Positions 1 to 8,822 of a DNA stretch of 64,000 bases are shown here, in pieces; position 1 is the stretch's first letter; each line of letters opens with the position of its first letter. The stretch is taken from positions 3,104,001 to 3,168,000 of the forward strand of contig OZ219926.1 in NCBI GenBank assembly GCA_964291405.2. The letters are read 5' to 3'. The notes under the pieces were generated by a model. The model was not told where the DNA came from. It saw nothing but the letters and a program-made list of their open reading frames with translations, and ran no database searches. Source of the DNA: Thermodesulfobacteriota bacterium. GTDB lineage: Bacteria > Desulfobacterota > Binatia > Bin18. Position numbers and translations under genes: made by a program.

Positions 1-2
1 AA

Positions 3-311
3 CTGTCCGCCGATTGGGACCCACTCTCGGACGACCGCCTAACCGAGTGGGAAGCCACCCACTACCTGATTCGCGCCCTCGACCTCCACGGTGAACACGG
101 TGCCTCGGACATGCTGCGAACGCTCGGAAGCGACTATGGCGAAAAAGCGCGTGCCCTGGCCTACCGTCTGTATAATATCTGCGAGCGCAAGAAATGGGCC
201 TCGGAAGCCACCGCGTATAACAGTTTGGTCATTGCCTGGCCGGAGATGAACCGCCTGGCGCTGGCGGATGATGAAGGCGAGGGTCAGGTGCAAGCGAGGC
301 TGCTGGAGTAG
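3..311 (+). CDS. C-terminal end of DUF1156-family adenine-specific DNA methylase (5' truncated by window edge)
   Basis: Open frame from base 3: LSADWDPLSDDRLTEWEATHYLIRAL...ARALAYRLYNICERKKWASEATAYNSLVIAWPE, typical DUF1156 methylase C-terminus; directly upstream of a DUF499 gene. Confidence 0.8.
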   Translation: MSADWDPLSDDRLTEWEATHYLIRALDLHGEHGASDMLRTLGSDYGEKARALAYRLYNICERKKWASEATAYNSLVIAWPEMNRLALADDEGEGQVQARLLE

Positions 312-324
312 TAGGGATTGGGGT

Positions 325-372
325 AGGGGGAACCCACCCCGGCCCTTCGGGCCACCCCTCCGGGGAGGGGAT
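325..372. repeat. REP-like GC-rich palindromic element
   Basis: cccaccccggcccttcgggccacccctccggggagggga: two small hairpins (ggccc-ttc-gggcc; cccctcc-gg-ggagggg) in an intergenic position. Confidence 0.55.
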
Positions 373-414
373 ATTCAAAGGCAATGAGCGTAATGAAAGG
401 ATAGACAGGCCACT

Positions 415-3400
415 ATGGCAAAAACAAACCACGGCAGAGTGGGTGATGCACTCGACCTGCTCAACACGGGGCTCCGACCTTTTATTGAACGTGAACTGGA
501 AGCCGTTCATGGCGCCACCTGGCAGGAAACCGTCCGTCAGATCCTCCGCGATGATCGCGGGGCAGTGAAAAAGTCCAAGAAGGCCGCGGTCAACTGGGAT
601 ACGCAAAACCTGTTGACGGTGATGTGGGACCAGTGGCACGCGGTGTTCCGCAATACCCTGGGCCATAGCGAACGGTCGATAGTGAGCGAGCTGCGAGAGG
701 TTCGCAACCGCTGGGCTCACCAAACGCCCTTTAGCAGCGATGATACCTATCGCGCTCTCGACTCCATTGGCCGTTTGTTGAGCGCCGTTTCCGCCCCGGA
801 GGCTAAAGAGGTCGAAGACCAGAAGATGGCGCTTTTGCGCGTGCGTTTCGACGAACAGCGCCGGGGCGAGATGCGGAAGCATGCCGTGGCCCCGACAGAG
901 GGCAGTCCGCAGGGCGGGCTGAAGCCGTGGCGGGAGGTTGTGACCCCGCACGAGGATGTTGCCAGCGGCGAATATCAGCAGGCCGAGTTTGCCGCCGACC
1001 TGTGGCAGGTCTATCTGGGCGAGGCCGCGTCGGAGTATCAGCATCCCACAGAGTTTTTTCGTCGTACCTTTATTACCGAAGGTCTGCAAAAGCTGCTCAG
1101 CAACAGCGTCCGGCGGCTGGGTGGCAAGGGCAGCGACCCGGTGGTTGAACTCCAGACCAACTTTGGCGGCGGCAAGACGCATAGCATGTTGGCGCTCTAC
1201 CATTTGTTCTCGGGTACACCCGCCTCGGAGCTGCCGGGGGCCGACCAGGTGTTAAAAGAGGCCGAGTGCGAAGTGGCTGCCAAGGTTCGGCGGGCCGTTG
1301 TGGTCGGGACAAAAATTTCACCGGGGAATCCGAGCAAGAAGAAGGACGGAACGGTCGTCCGCACTATCTGGGGCGAGATCGCCTGGCAGCTTGGCGGGAA
1401 ACGGGGCTACGACATGGTTCGGGCCGACGATGAGAGCGCCACCAATCCGGGCGATAAGCTCAAGGAGGTGTTCAACGCCTTCTCACCCTGTCTCATTCTG
1501 ATTGATGAATGGGTGGCCTATGCTCGGCAGCTCCACGAGGGCAGCGCACTACCGGCCGGAACTTTTGACACGCAGTTCACCTTTGCACAGGCGCTCAGCG
1601 AAGCGGCTAAGTCCGCCAAGAACACGCTGTTGGTGGTCAGTATTCCTGCCTCAGATAACGAGATCGGCGGCGAATGGGGGCAACGCGCGCTCACTCGTCT
1701 CAAAAACGCCATTGGGCGCGTGGAGTCGAGCTGGCGTCCGGCCAGTTCCGACGAGGGGTTTGAGATCGTGCGCCGCCGTCTGTTTGAACCTATCCTCGAC
1801 CAACAGGCATTCGTGGCACGTGACGCGGTTGCCCGTGCGTTCGTGGATATGTATGGCACCCAGCACAACGAATTTCCCTCGGAATGTCGCGAAGCCGAAT
1901 ACGAAAGGCGGGTGAAGCTCGCCTATCCGATTCACCCCGAACTTTTCGACCGGCTCTACCGCGACTGGTCCACGCTCGACAAATTTCAGCGCACGCGCGG
2001 CGTTCTGCGCTTGATGGCAGCGGTGATTCATTCCCTGTGGGAACGACAGGACGGCAACTTGTTGATTATGCCGGCGACCATTCCCATTGACGATCAGGAT
2101 GTCCAGTTTGAACTCACGCGCTACCTCGACGACCAATGGACGCCGGTCATCGCCAAGGATGTGGACGGCGAGTACTCCCTGCCGCTTCAGCTCGACCGGG
2201 AAGTGCCGAACCTTGGCCGGTATTCGGCCTGTCGTCGTGTCGCCCGGACCATCTATGTCGGCTCCGCCCCCACACAGCGAGCGGCCAACCGTGGCATTGA
2301 TGAACGGCAGGTGAAACTCGGCTGCGTGCAACCGGGCGAGACCGTAGCGACCTTTGGCGATTCCCTCCGCCGTCTCACCGACCGAGCGACCTATCTCTAT
2401 ATTGACGGGAACCGTTACTGGTATTCGACCCAACCCACGGTGACCCGCCTTGCCGAAGACCGAGCGCATCAGTTTCAGGCGCATGACGTTCTCGACGAGA
2501 TCACCCGCCGTCTCAGGGAAGAGGCCCGCAGTCGCGGTGATTTTCAGCGCGTCCACGCCTGTCTGGGAAGCAGTGACATCCCGGACGAGCATGAGGCTCG
2601 CTTGGTCATTCTTGGTCCGGAACACGCACACTCAAAGGGCGATGACGCCAGCAGCGCGCGGCAAGAGGCCCAGAACATTATAGATCAGCGGGGCAACAGC
2701 CCCCGAAACTACAAAAACGCGCTCGTCTTCCTGGCTGGAGACGAGACCGGCCTGAGGGAGTTGCAGGCCGCCATCAGACACTATCTGGCCTGGAAGTCTA
2801 TTTTGGAGGAGCGAGAACAGTTGAACCTGGACCCGTTCCAGGCCAAGCAGGCGGACACCAGACGCAGGAGCGCAGAAGAAACGGTTCAGGCCCGTCTCCC
2901 CGGAGCGTATCAGTGGCTTCTGGTGCCGAGTCAGACCGATCTCAAAGGAAAACCGGAGTGGGTGGAGATGCGTCTGCAAGGAACAGATTCCCTGGCCCTG
3001 CGGGTTGCCAAGAAACTCAAGAAGGAGGAGATGCTCATTAGCGAGATGGGCGGGGTTCGTTTACGCCTTGAGCTGGACCGTGTTCCGCTCTGGCGCGGTA
3101 ATGATGTGAGCATCAAGCAACTGATCGAGGATTTTGCCTCATATCTGTATCTCCCACGTCTTCGTAGTCCGGACGTACTCATCGCGGCGGTCCGGGAAGG
3201 CATCGCGTTGCTGACCTGGCAGTCGGACACCTTTGCCTACGCACAGTCAAAGGACGACGCGGGCAAATATCTGGGCCTTGTCGGGGGGATGAGTGCCGGT
3301 ATTCAAGTTGAAGGCGGGGCCTTGGTGGTGAAATCCGGCGTGGCTGTAGAGCAGCGGAAAGAGGCCGAGGCGGCACAGCAGCAGTCCGGGAAGACGGATA

Positions 3401-3741
3401 CCGGGGACTCTTCTCCTGATCGACCGGGTGGGCAAGGGCAACAGGCGGATAAGGATCAAACCGATGGGCAGGACCCGGACAGGCCGACCCCATCTGCTAC
3501 TCCCATATATCGTCGATTTCATGGCTCGGCCCAGTTAGACCCTCTGCGGGTTGGCCGGGATGCGAGCCGAATTGCCGATGAAGTCATTCAGCATCTGACG
3601 AAACACGTGACGGCCAAGGTGGAGGTCACGCTCGAAATTCGAGCGGAACTCTCGGACGGCGCGTCAGACAAAACCGTCCGCGATGTCACCGAGAATTGCC
3701 GGACACTTCGGTTTGACCCCTTTGGATTTGAGGAGGAGTGA
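415..3741 (+). CDS. DUF499 family AAA+ ATPase with N-terminal Swt1-like HEPN domain
   Basis: N-terminal REVRNRWAH (Rx4H); LKPWREVVTPHEDV...EFAADL; Walker A TNFGGGKTHS; Walker B LILIDE; YPIHPELF; FQRTRGVLRL. Confidence 0.9.
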   Translation: MAKTNHGRVGDALDLLNTGLRPFIERELEAVHGATWQETVRQILRDDRGAVKKSKKAAVNWDTQNLLTVMWDQWHAVFRNTLGHSERSIVSELREVRNRWAHQTPFSSDDTYRALDSIGRLLSAVSAPEAKEVEDQKMALLRVRFDEQRRGEMRKHAVAPTEGSPQGGLKPWREVVTPHEDVASGEYQQAEFAADLWQVYLGEAASEYQHPTEFFRRTFITEGLQKLLSNSVRRLGGKGSDPVVELQTNFGGGKTHSMLALYHLFSGTPASELPGADQVLKEAECEVAAKVRRAVVVGTKISPGNPSKKKDGTVVRTIWGEIAWQLGGKRGYDMVRADDESATNPGDKLKEVFNAFSPCLILIDEWVAYARQLHEGSALPAGTFDTQFTFAQALSEAAKSAKNTLLVVSIPASDNEIGGEWGQRALTRLKNAIGRVESSWRPASSDEGFEIVRRRLFEPILDQQAFVARDAVARAFVDMYGTQHNEFPSECREAEYERRVKLAYPIHPELFDRLYRDWSTLDKFQRTRGVLRLMAAVIHSLWERQDGNLLIMPATIPIDDQDVQFELTRYLDDQWTPVIAKDVDGEYSLPLQLDREVPNLGRYSACRRVARTIYVGSAPTQRAANRGIDERQVKLGCVQPGETVATFGDSLRRLTDRATYLYIDGNRYWYSTQPTVTRLAEDRAHQFQAHDVLDEITRRLREEARSRGDFQRVHACLGSSDIPDEHEARLVILGPEHAHSKGDDASSARQEAQNIIDQRGNSPRNYKNALVFLAGDETGLRELQAAIRHYLAWKSILEEREQLNLDPFQAKQADTRRRSAEETVQARLPGAYQWLLVPSQTDLKGKPEWVEMRLQGTDSLALRVAKKLKKEEMLISEMGGVRLRLELDRVPLWRGNDVSIKQLIEDFASYLYLPRLRSPDVLIAAVREGIALLTWQSDTFAYAQSKDDAGKYLGLVGGMSAGIQVEGGALVVKSGVAVEQRKEAEAAQQQSGKTDTGDSSPDRPGGQGQQADKDQTDGQDPDRPTPSATPIYRRFHGSAQLDPLRVGRDASRIADEVIQHLTKHVTAKVEVTLEIRAELSDGASDKTVRDVTENCRTLRFDPFGFEEE

Positions 3742-3798
3742 CGGGGAGAAGGTGTCTGTATAGGTATTGAGACTCCCCGCTCAAAAGAAAGGACCAGC

Positions 3799-4665
3799 AT
3801 GGACTATGGAATTATTTTACCCCACTTCAGCGCCTTCGCGCATGAAAACCCGGCTGAGCGGATTTTGACCGCGGCCACAACCGCGGAAGCGCTGGGCTAT
3901 CGGACGTTGTGGGTGGCCGACCACGTTGTCTTCCCATCCAAGATTGAGGGGAGTTATGCCTTCAATCCGGAAGACCCTTTTCTTGACCCGCTTACCGTCC
4001 TGGCGGCCCTGGCGTATAAGACGACAACAGTCAAACTCGGCACCGCAGTCCTGATTCTTCCCTACCGGCATCCCTTAGCCGCGGCAAAGGCCCTTGCCAC
4101 CATTGATGTCTTGTCCGGTGGGCGGACGGTTGTCGGTGTGGGTGCCGGCTGGCTGGAACAGGAATTTACCGCCCTGGGCACATCGATCACAGAGCGGGGG
4201 GCCCGCACGAACGAGACCATGGATATCTTCAAGGCGGTCTGGACGCAGGAAACGCCGGCGTTTAGCGGCAAGCATTTTCAGTTCGCCGATATCAAATTCA
4301 TTCCCAAGCCGGTTCAGCAACCGCATCCGCCCATTCTTGTCGGGGGGATGACCAAGGGTGCCCTGCGTCGCATCGCGCGGCGCGGCGATGGCTGGATTGC
4401 CATGGGCAAGGGGCCGGATGACATCCAAGAGCCTTTGGCAACCCTGCGGGAATTGACCTCTCAGGTGGGCCGCAACCCGGACGATTTACAGATTTGTATG
4501 CTGCCGCTCGGGGCACCGAGCGTAGATCAGCTGATCCGGGACATTCCACGCTACGCAGACCTGGGGGTGCATCACGTCTATCTGTCGTTCCGTGCCTGGA
4601 CGAATGAATTTGCCGAACTCATGCGCCTCATGGAACACTTCGCGAAGGAAATGAAGCTGGCCTAG
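3799..4665 (+). CDS. LLM class (probably F420-dependent) oxidoreductase
   Basis: AEALGYRTLWVADHVV, DPLTVLAALA, LGTAVLILPYRHP, DVLSGGR, PKPVQQPHPPILVGG; RBS aagga upstream. Confidence 0.85.
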   Translation: MDYGIILPHFSAFAHENPAERILTAATTAEALGYRTLWVADHVVFPSKIEGSYAFNPEDPFLDPLTVLAALAYKTTTVKLGTAVLILPYRHPLAAAKALATIDVLSGGRTVVGVGAGWLEQEFTALGTSITERGARTNETMDIFKAVWTQETPAFSGKHFQFADIKFIPKPVQQPHPPILVGGMTKGALRRIARRGDGWIAMGKGPDDIQEPLATLRELTSQVGRNPDDLQICMLPLGAPSVDQLIRDIPRYADLGVHHVYLSFRAWTNEFAELMRLMEHFAKEMKLA

Positions 4666-4683
4666 CCCGGAGAAGGAGACTCT

Positions 4684-5370
4684 ATGAGTGACAAGAAGTG
4701 GCCGATTGAACACCCTGACCGCATTCAACTCTATTCACTGGCAACCCCGAATGGCCAGAAGGCGGGTATCGCGCTGGAAGAATTGGGGCTGCCGTATGAG
4801 GCCCACAAGGTGAATATCCTGGAGAACGAGCAGTTCACCGAGGAGTTCATTGCAGTGTGTCCCAACTCGAAAATCCCCGCCATGGTTGACCCTGACGGTC
4901 CGGGCGGGAAACCGATCTCCATCTTTGAGTCCGGGGCCATGCTGTTATATCTGGCGGAGAAGACGGGGAAGCTGCTACCGGCTGACCCCCACCGACGCAG
5001 CGAATGTATCCAGTGGCTGTTTTTTCAGATGGCTGGGGTTGGCCCTATGTTCGGGCAGTTCGGCCACTTCTATAAATTTGCCAAAGAGCGTATTCCGTAT
5101 CCGACCGAGCGCTATACCAATGAAGCCCGGCGGCTCCTGGGCGTGCTGGAAAAACGTTTGGACGGGCGGGAGTATGTGATGGACGATGAATACACGATCG
5201 CCGACATCGCGACCTTCCCCTGGGTCGGCTGTCTCGACTGGGGCTATGGGGCGCGCGAGGATTTGAAGCTGGACGCGGATTTTCCCAATGTGGTTGCCTG
5301 GTATGCGCGCTGCACCGAGAAGCCGGCTTCGGTGCGCGGCGCCAAGGTGTGCGGCTTTTCGGACGATTAG
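4684..5370 (+). CDS. Glutathione S-transferase, YfcG/YghU-like
   Basis: LYSLATPNGQK, PNSKIPA, IFESGAML, QWLFFQMAGVGPMFGQ, YTIADIATFPW. Confidence 0.9.
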   Translation: MSDKKWPIEHPDRIQLYSLATPNGQKAGIALEELGLPYEAHKVNILENEQFTEEFIAVCPNSKIPAMVDPDGPGGKPISIFESGAMLLYLAEKTGKLLPADPHRRSECIQWLFFQMAGVGPMFGQFGHFYKFAKERIPYPTERYTNEARRLLGVLEKRLDGREYVMDDEYTIADIATFPWVGCLDWGYGAREDLKLDADFPNVVAWYARCTEKPASVRGAKVCGFSDD

Positions 5371-5374
5371 ACTG

Positions 5375-5563
5375 ATGGAAACAGACAGCGGACCCGACCT
5401 TGTGGTCGATATTTTTATTGACGGGCGGCTGGTAAACCCGAGTGAGATACCGGCCGCGGTTGTGAGGGAGATCGAAACGTCGGCCTCAGCTTCGGCGTCC
5501 GGTAGGCTGACGGCCGAGGGCGTCGTGTACGAGTGGTCTACGCGGCCCTGCGTATACCCGTAG
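5375..5563 (+). CDS. Small hypothetical protein (62 aa)
   Basis: ATG 4 nt after the GST stop; fills the gap between co-oriented genes; no recognisable motif. Confidence 0.4.
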   Translation: METDSGPDLVVDIFIDGRLVNPSEIPAAVVREIETSASASASGRLTAEGVVYEWSTRPCVYP

Positions 5564-5586
5564 CTGCCCGGCGGTGGGGAAGAGTT

Positions 5587-6018
5587 ATGCGAAAAAATCT
5601 ACGGCTCGAAGACCTTGGTGACTTCCTGGATCAACCCAAATGCGCAACCTTGGCGACCCATTTCAAAGACGGGACGATCCTGATGTCCCCCGTCTGGCAC
5701 GAGTGGAAAGACGGCGGCTTTACGGTTGCGGTGGCGAGCGAGGATATTAAGGCCCGTCACGTTCGGCGTGATGCCAGAGTGAGTATCAGCGTAGCCGAAG
5801 ATAGCCCTCCCTACCGGGGGGTTGAGGTGCGCGGGGAGGCCAGCATCGAACGGGCGGGCGCGTTTGAGACAACCCAGCGGATCGCTACGCGCTATCTGGG
5901 AGCCAAGCAGGGACCGGCCTATGTTGAGCCCTTCCGCGAGGCCGACCTGGTGCTGATTCGGGTTAAACCGGGCGTGCTGCGGGTCTGGGATTTTAATAAC
6001 GAGACGGAGCTAAGCTGA
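5587..6018 (+). CDS. PPOX/pyridoxamine 5'-phosphate oxidase family (split-barrel flavin/F420-binding) protein
   Basis: ATLATHFKDGTILMSPVW, KARHVRRDARVSISV, YRGVEVRGEA. Confidence 0.85.
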   Translation: MRKNLRLEDLGDFLDQPKCATLATHFKDGTILMSPVWHEWKDGGFTVAVASEDIKARHVRRDARVSISVAEDSPPYRGVEVRGEASIERAGAFETTQRIATRYLGAKQGPAYVEPFREADLVLIRVKPGVLRVWDFNNETELS

Positions 6019-6068
6019 GACCCATAGGTCGGCCGGGCGCAGCCTCGGCCAACACCGCAGTGCTTGCC

Positions 6069-7505
6069 TTACTTTGCCGCTGACGCGCTGGCCGCCGGGT
6101 GACTGCCTGGAACGCTCCGGTCCGTGCCATTCCTGGCGTCCAATAAGGACTGTCGATGCAGGGCCGCCGGATGCGGCGTGCTGAGCCGTGGCCCTTTGCC
6201 GTACAGCTTATCGCGCAACGTGCCTTCCCGATATTCCTTTTGCATGCGACCGCGCTTTTGCAGCACGGGCACCACCCCGTCAACAAACTCCTCGAATGAA
6301 CCCGGCGTGGTGGCATAGGCCAGGTTAAATCCATCCACACCCGCGTCTATCCAGTCCTCGAACTGGTCGGCAATGCTCTCGGGCGTGCCGACCAGAACCG
6401 GACCGGCTCCGCCAATGCCGACATAGCGGGCGAGGTCCCGCAACGTCCATTTACGATTTGGATCACCCTCGGTAAAGCTGTGAACGAGGGTGCGAATGGC
6501 ATTCGTCTCGATATACTCCAGCGGCTGGTCCGGCTCAAATTGCCCGAAGTCGATGCCGCTCCAGCCGCTTAACAAGGCCAGCCCGCCATCGTAGCTGCAC
6601 TGCTCAAAGTACTCTTCATAGCGCCGTTTCGCGGCGGCTTCGGTCTCACCGGTAATCACCTTCATATATGCAAAACACAGGATGTCCTCCGGGTTCCTGC
6701 CGTTCTTGCGAGCGATCTTGCGGATATCCTTAATATACTGGCCATCGACCTCAGGCTTTGAGCCAATGACAAAAACAGCTTCCGCATGCTGTGCCGCAAA
6801 GGCACGACCCCGATCTGAGGCACCGGCCTGAAACAAGACGGGCGTCCGTTGCGGGGAGGGTTCAGCCAGGTGGCAGCCTTCAACCTTATAGTATGTGCCT
6901 TCATGTCTGACATCGTGGACTTTGGTTGGGTCGGCATAAATCCCGCGCTTCACATCTTTAAGCACGGCATCATCTTCCCAGCTCTTCTCCCACAGTTTGT
7001 AACACACGTCGCAGTACTCATCCGCGATGTCGTAGCGATTATCATGCTCCGCTAAACCGGCCTGGCCGTAGTTACGGCCGGCGCTTTCAAGATATGACGT
7101 CACGATATTCCAGGCGATCCGGCCTTTGGTGAGATGGTCCAAGGTGGAGATGAGGCGAGCAAACGTGAACGGGTGGTTTTGGATGATGGAACTCGTAAAA
7201 CCAAATCCGATATGCTCGGTGGCATAGGCCATAGCCGGGATGAGCAGCATGGGATCGTTGACCGGTATCTGGGCGGCTTCGGTCAGCGCGGCCTCCCGAT
7301 TGCCTCGAAACACATCGTACACGCCGAGCACGTCGGCCAGGAAGATTGCGTCAAACTTTCCCCGCTCGACGATCTTCGCGAATTCGACCCACTGATCGAG
7401 GTCGGTGTACTCGGTCATATGGTCATCGTCGCGGACCCACAGGCCGGGTGACTGATGGACCACACAGTTCATGTGAAAGGCGTTGAAATAGATGCGTCTC
7501 TTCAT
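6069..7505 (-). CDS. NtaA/DszA/SoxA family FMNH2-dependent monooxygenase (LLM)
   Basis: ERGKFDAIFLAD, TLDHLTKGRIAWNIVTSY, PSPQRTPVLFQAGASDRGR, VVPVLQKRG..EYREGTLR. Confidence 0.9.
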   Translation of the reverse strand: MKRRIYFNAFHMNCVVHQSPGLWVRDDDHMTEYTDLDQWVEFAKIVERGKFDAIFLADVLGVYDVFRGNREAALTEAAQIPVNDPMLLIPAMAYATEHIGFGFTSSIIQNHPFTFARLISTLDHLTKGRIAWNIVTSYLESAGRNYGQAGLAEHDNRYDIADEYCDVCYKLWEKSWEDDAVLKDVKRGIYADPTKVHDVRHEGTYYKVEGCHLAEPSPQRTPVLFQAGASDRGRAFAAQHAEAVFVIGSKPEVDGQYIKDIRKIARKNGRNPEDILCFAYMKVITGETEAAAKRRYEEYFEQCSYDGGLALLSGWSGIDFGQFEPDQPLEYIETNAIRTLVHSFTEGDPNRKWTLRDLARYVGIGGAGPVLVGTPESIADQFEDWIDAGVDGFNLAYATTPGSFEEFVDGVVPVLQKRGRMQKEYREGTLRDKLYGKGPRLSTPHPAALHRQSLLDARNGTDRSVPGSHPAASASAAK

Positions 7506-7732
7506 GGATGCTCTCCTCTCCCCTCTTTCCTCATATGCAAGCCGGCCCTGATATTCAAGCCGGAAAGCGGGGTGACGGATTTTCTGCCAGGCTCCCGGAT
7601 GGCGGGATACAAAAGCAGAAGCGGGGGGGAAGTGTCAAGTAGAGGAATACGCCTTGCCATATGAGGCGGGCGGGCGATATGATTCATGACCAAATCTGGG
7701 CGGCATCCGTTCACAGCTTGGAAGGAAAATAT

Positions 7733-8743
7733 ATGACCAAAGTCACAGCACCGACCACCGGCGACACGGCCAGTTTGGGTCGGCTCAACTACCTCGACTC
7801 CTCTCTTCAGAGTTCGCTCTACCGCAACGGCAAAGTGCTCCTCCGACGCGATGCGGACGGCAGCGACAGCGACATGCAGGGGGTCGTCTTTGATGAGCGG
7901 CAGATGCCGGTCCACAACGCCCGCCTGCTCGATGGGCAGAATGGACAAATGCCTCGCAGCCTCGAGACAAACGGCTTTGAACTCCTGACCCGCCCCCTTG
8001 AGCGTCCAGACCTCGATTTTTTCGACCATCAGGAAGTCATTCAGGACTACTACCGTCAATGTGCCCAGATCGTCAGCCAGACGACCGGGGCGGCCTCCGT
8101 CATGGCCTTTGACCATAACGTCCGGTCGGCCGCGGGTAAGCAAAGCCAGCGCCGGATTCGTGGCGGGCAGCAGGTGCAGGGCCCGGCCTCTATCGCCCAC
8201 GGGGACTATACCCTGCGGAGCGCCCCGGAGCGGCTGCAACAACTCGCCCAACCGCCCGGCGGCAACGACACCCTGCGCTCGGTGCTCGACCAAGGCCAAT
8301 CGCTCGTTGAGACCGAAAAGGCGAACCAAGCGCTCGCTCCAGGTGGACGCTTCGCCATCATTAATGTCTGGCGCAATATCGCTGCGGAGCCGGTCGCAAC
8401 CCATCCCCTCGCGTTGTGCGACGCGCAGAGTGTGCATCCCGAAGACCTGGTGGTATTCGAGATTCACTATCGGGACCGGGTGGGCGAGAACTATTTTTCC
8501 AAGTATGCGCCACGACATCAGTGGTACTCCTACCCGGCGATGACCCGGGATGAGGCCCTGCTGATCAAGCAGTGGGACTCGGCCGGACCGATCGCCCGTT
8601 CAGAGGGCCACCGAGCCGATAGCGACGACGCCCAATCGCCGTGCACCTTCAGCTTTCACACTGCCTACCAGGACCCGACAACTCCCCCCGATGCACCCGA
8701 ACGATGGAGTATCGAGGTCCGCTGTATCGCCCTGTATGCCTGA
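7733..8743 (+). CDS. CmcJ/NvfI (AsaB-like) family oxidoreductase
   Basis: GFEL, AFDHNVRS, AHGDYT, IINVWRNI, PLALCDAQSV, FHTA, ERWSIEVR. Confidence 0.8.
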   Translation: MTKVTAPTTGDTASLGRLNYLDSSLQSSLYRNGKVLLRRDADGSDSDMQGVVFDERQMPVHNARLLDGQNGQMPRSLETNGFELLTRPLERPDLDFFDHQEVIQDYYRQCAQIVSQTTGAASVMAFDHNVRSAAGKQSQRRIRGGQQVQGPASIAHGDYTLRSAPERLQQLAQPPGGNDTLRSVLDQGQSLVETEKANQALAPGGRFAIINVWRNIAAEPVATHPLALCDAQSVHPEDLVVFEIHYRDRVGENYFSKYAPRHQWYSYPAMTRDEALLIKQWDSAGPIARSEGHRADSDDAQSPCTFSFHTAYQDPTTPPDAPERWSIEVRCIALYA

Positions 8744-8755
8744 GCGAGGGGTGAA

Positions 8756-8807
8756 AAGAGTAAACGTGTCCTCCAATAGGTCCACAGCTGTTGACACGTT
8801 TACTCTT
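8756..8807. repeat. Dispersed inverted-repeat element, copy 1 (15-bp arms, 22-nt spacer)
   Basis: aagagtaaacgtgtc ... gacacgtttactctt; homologous copy at 50727-50780. Confidence 0.8.
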
Positions 8808-8822
8808 CAGAGACGGGCATGC

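Noticed and set aside
8756-8807. Hairpin element as an integron attC site (AAC...GTT)
   Set aside because: The ends do not fit RYYYAAC/GTTRRRY, the arms lack extrahelical bases, and there is no cassette array or integrase.
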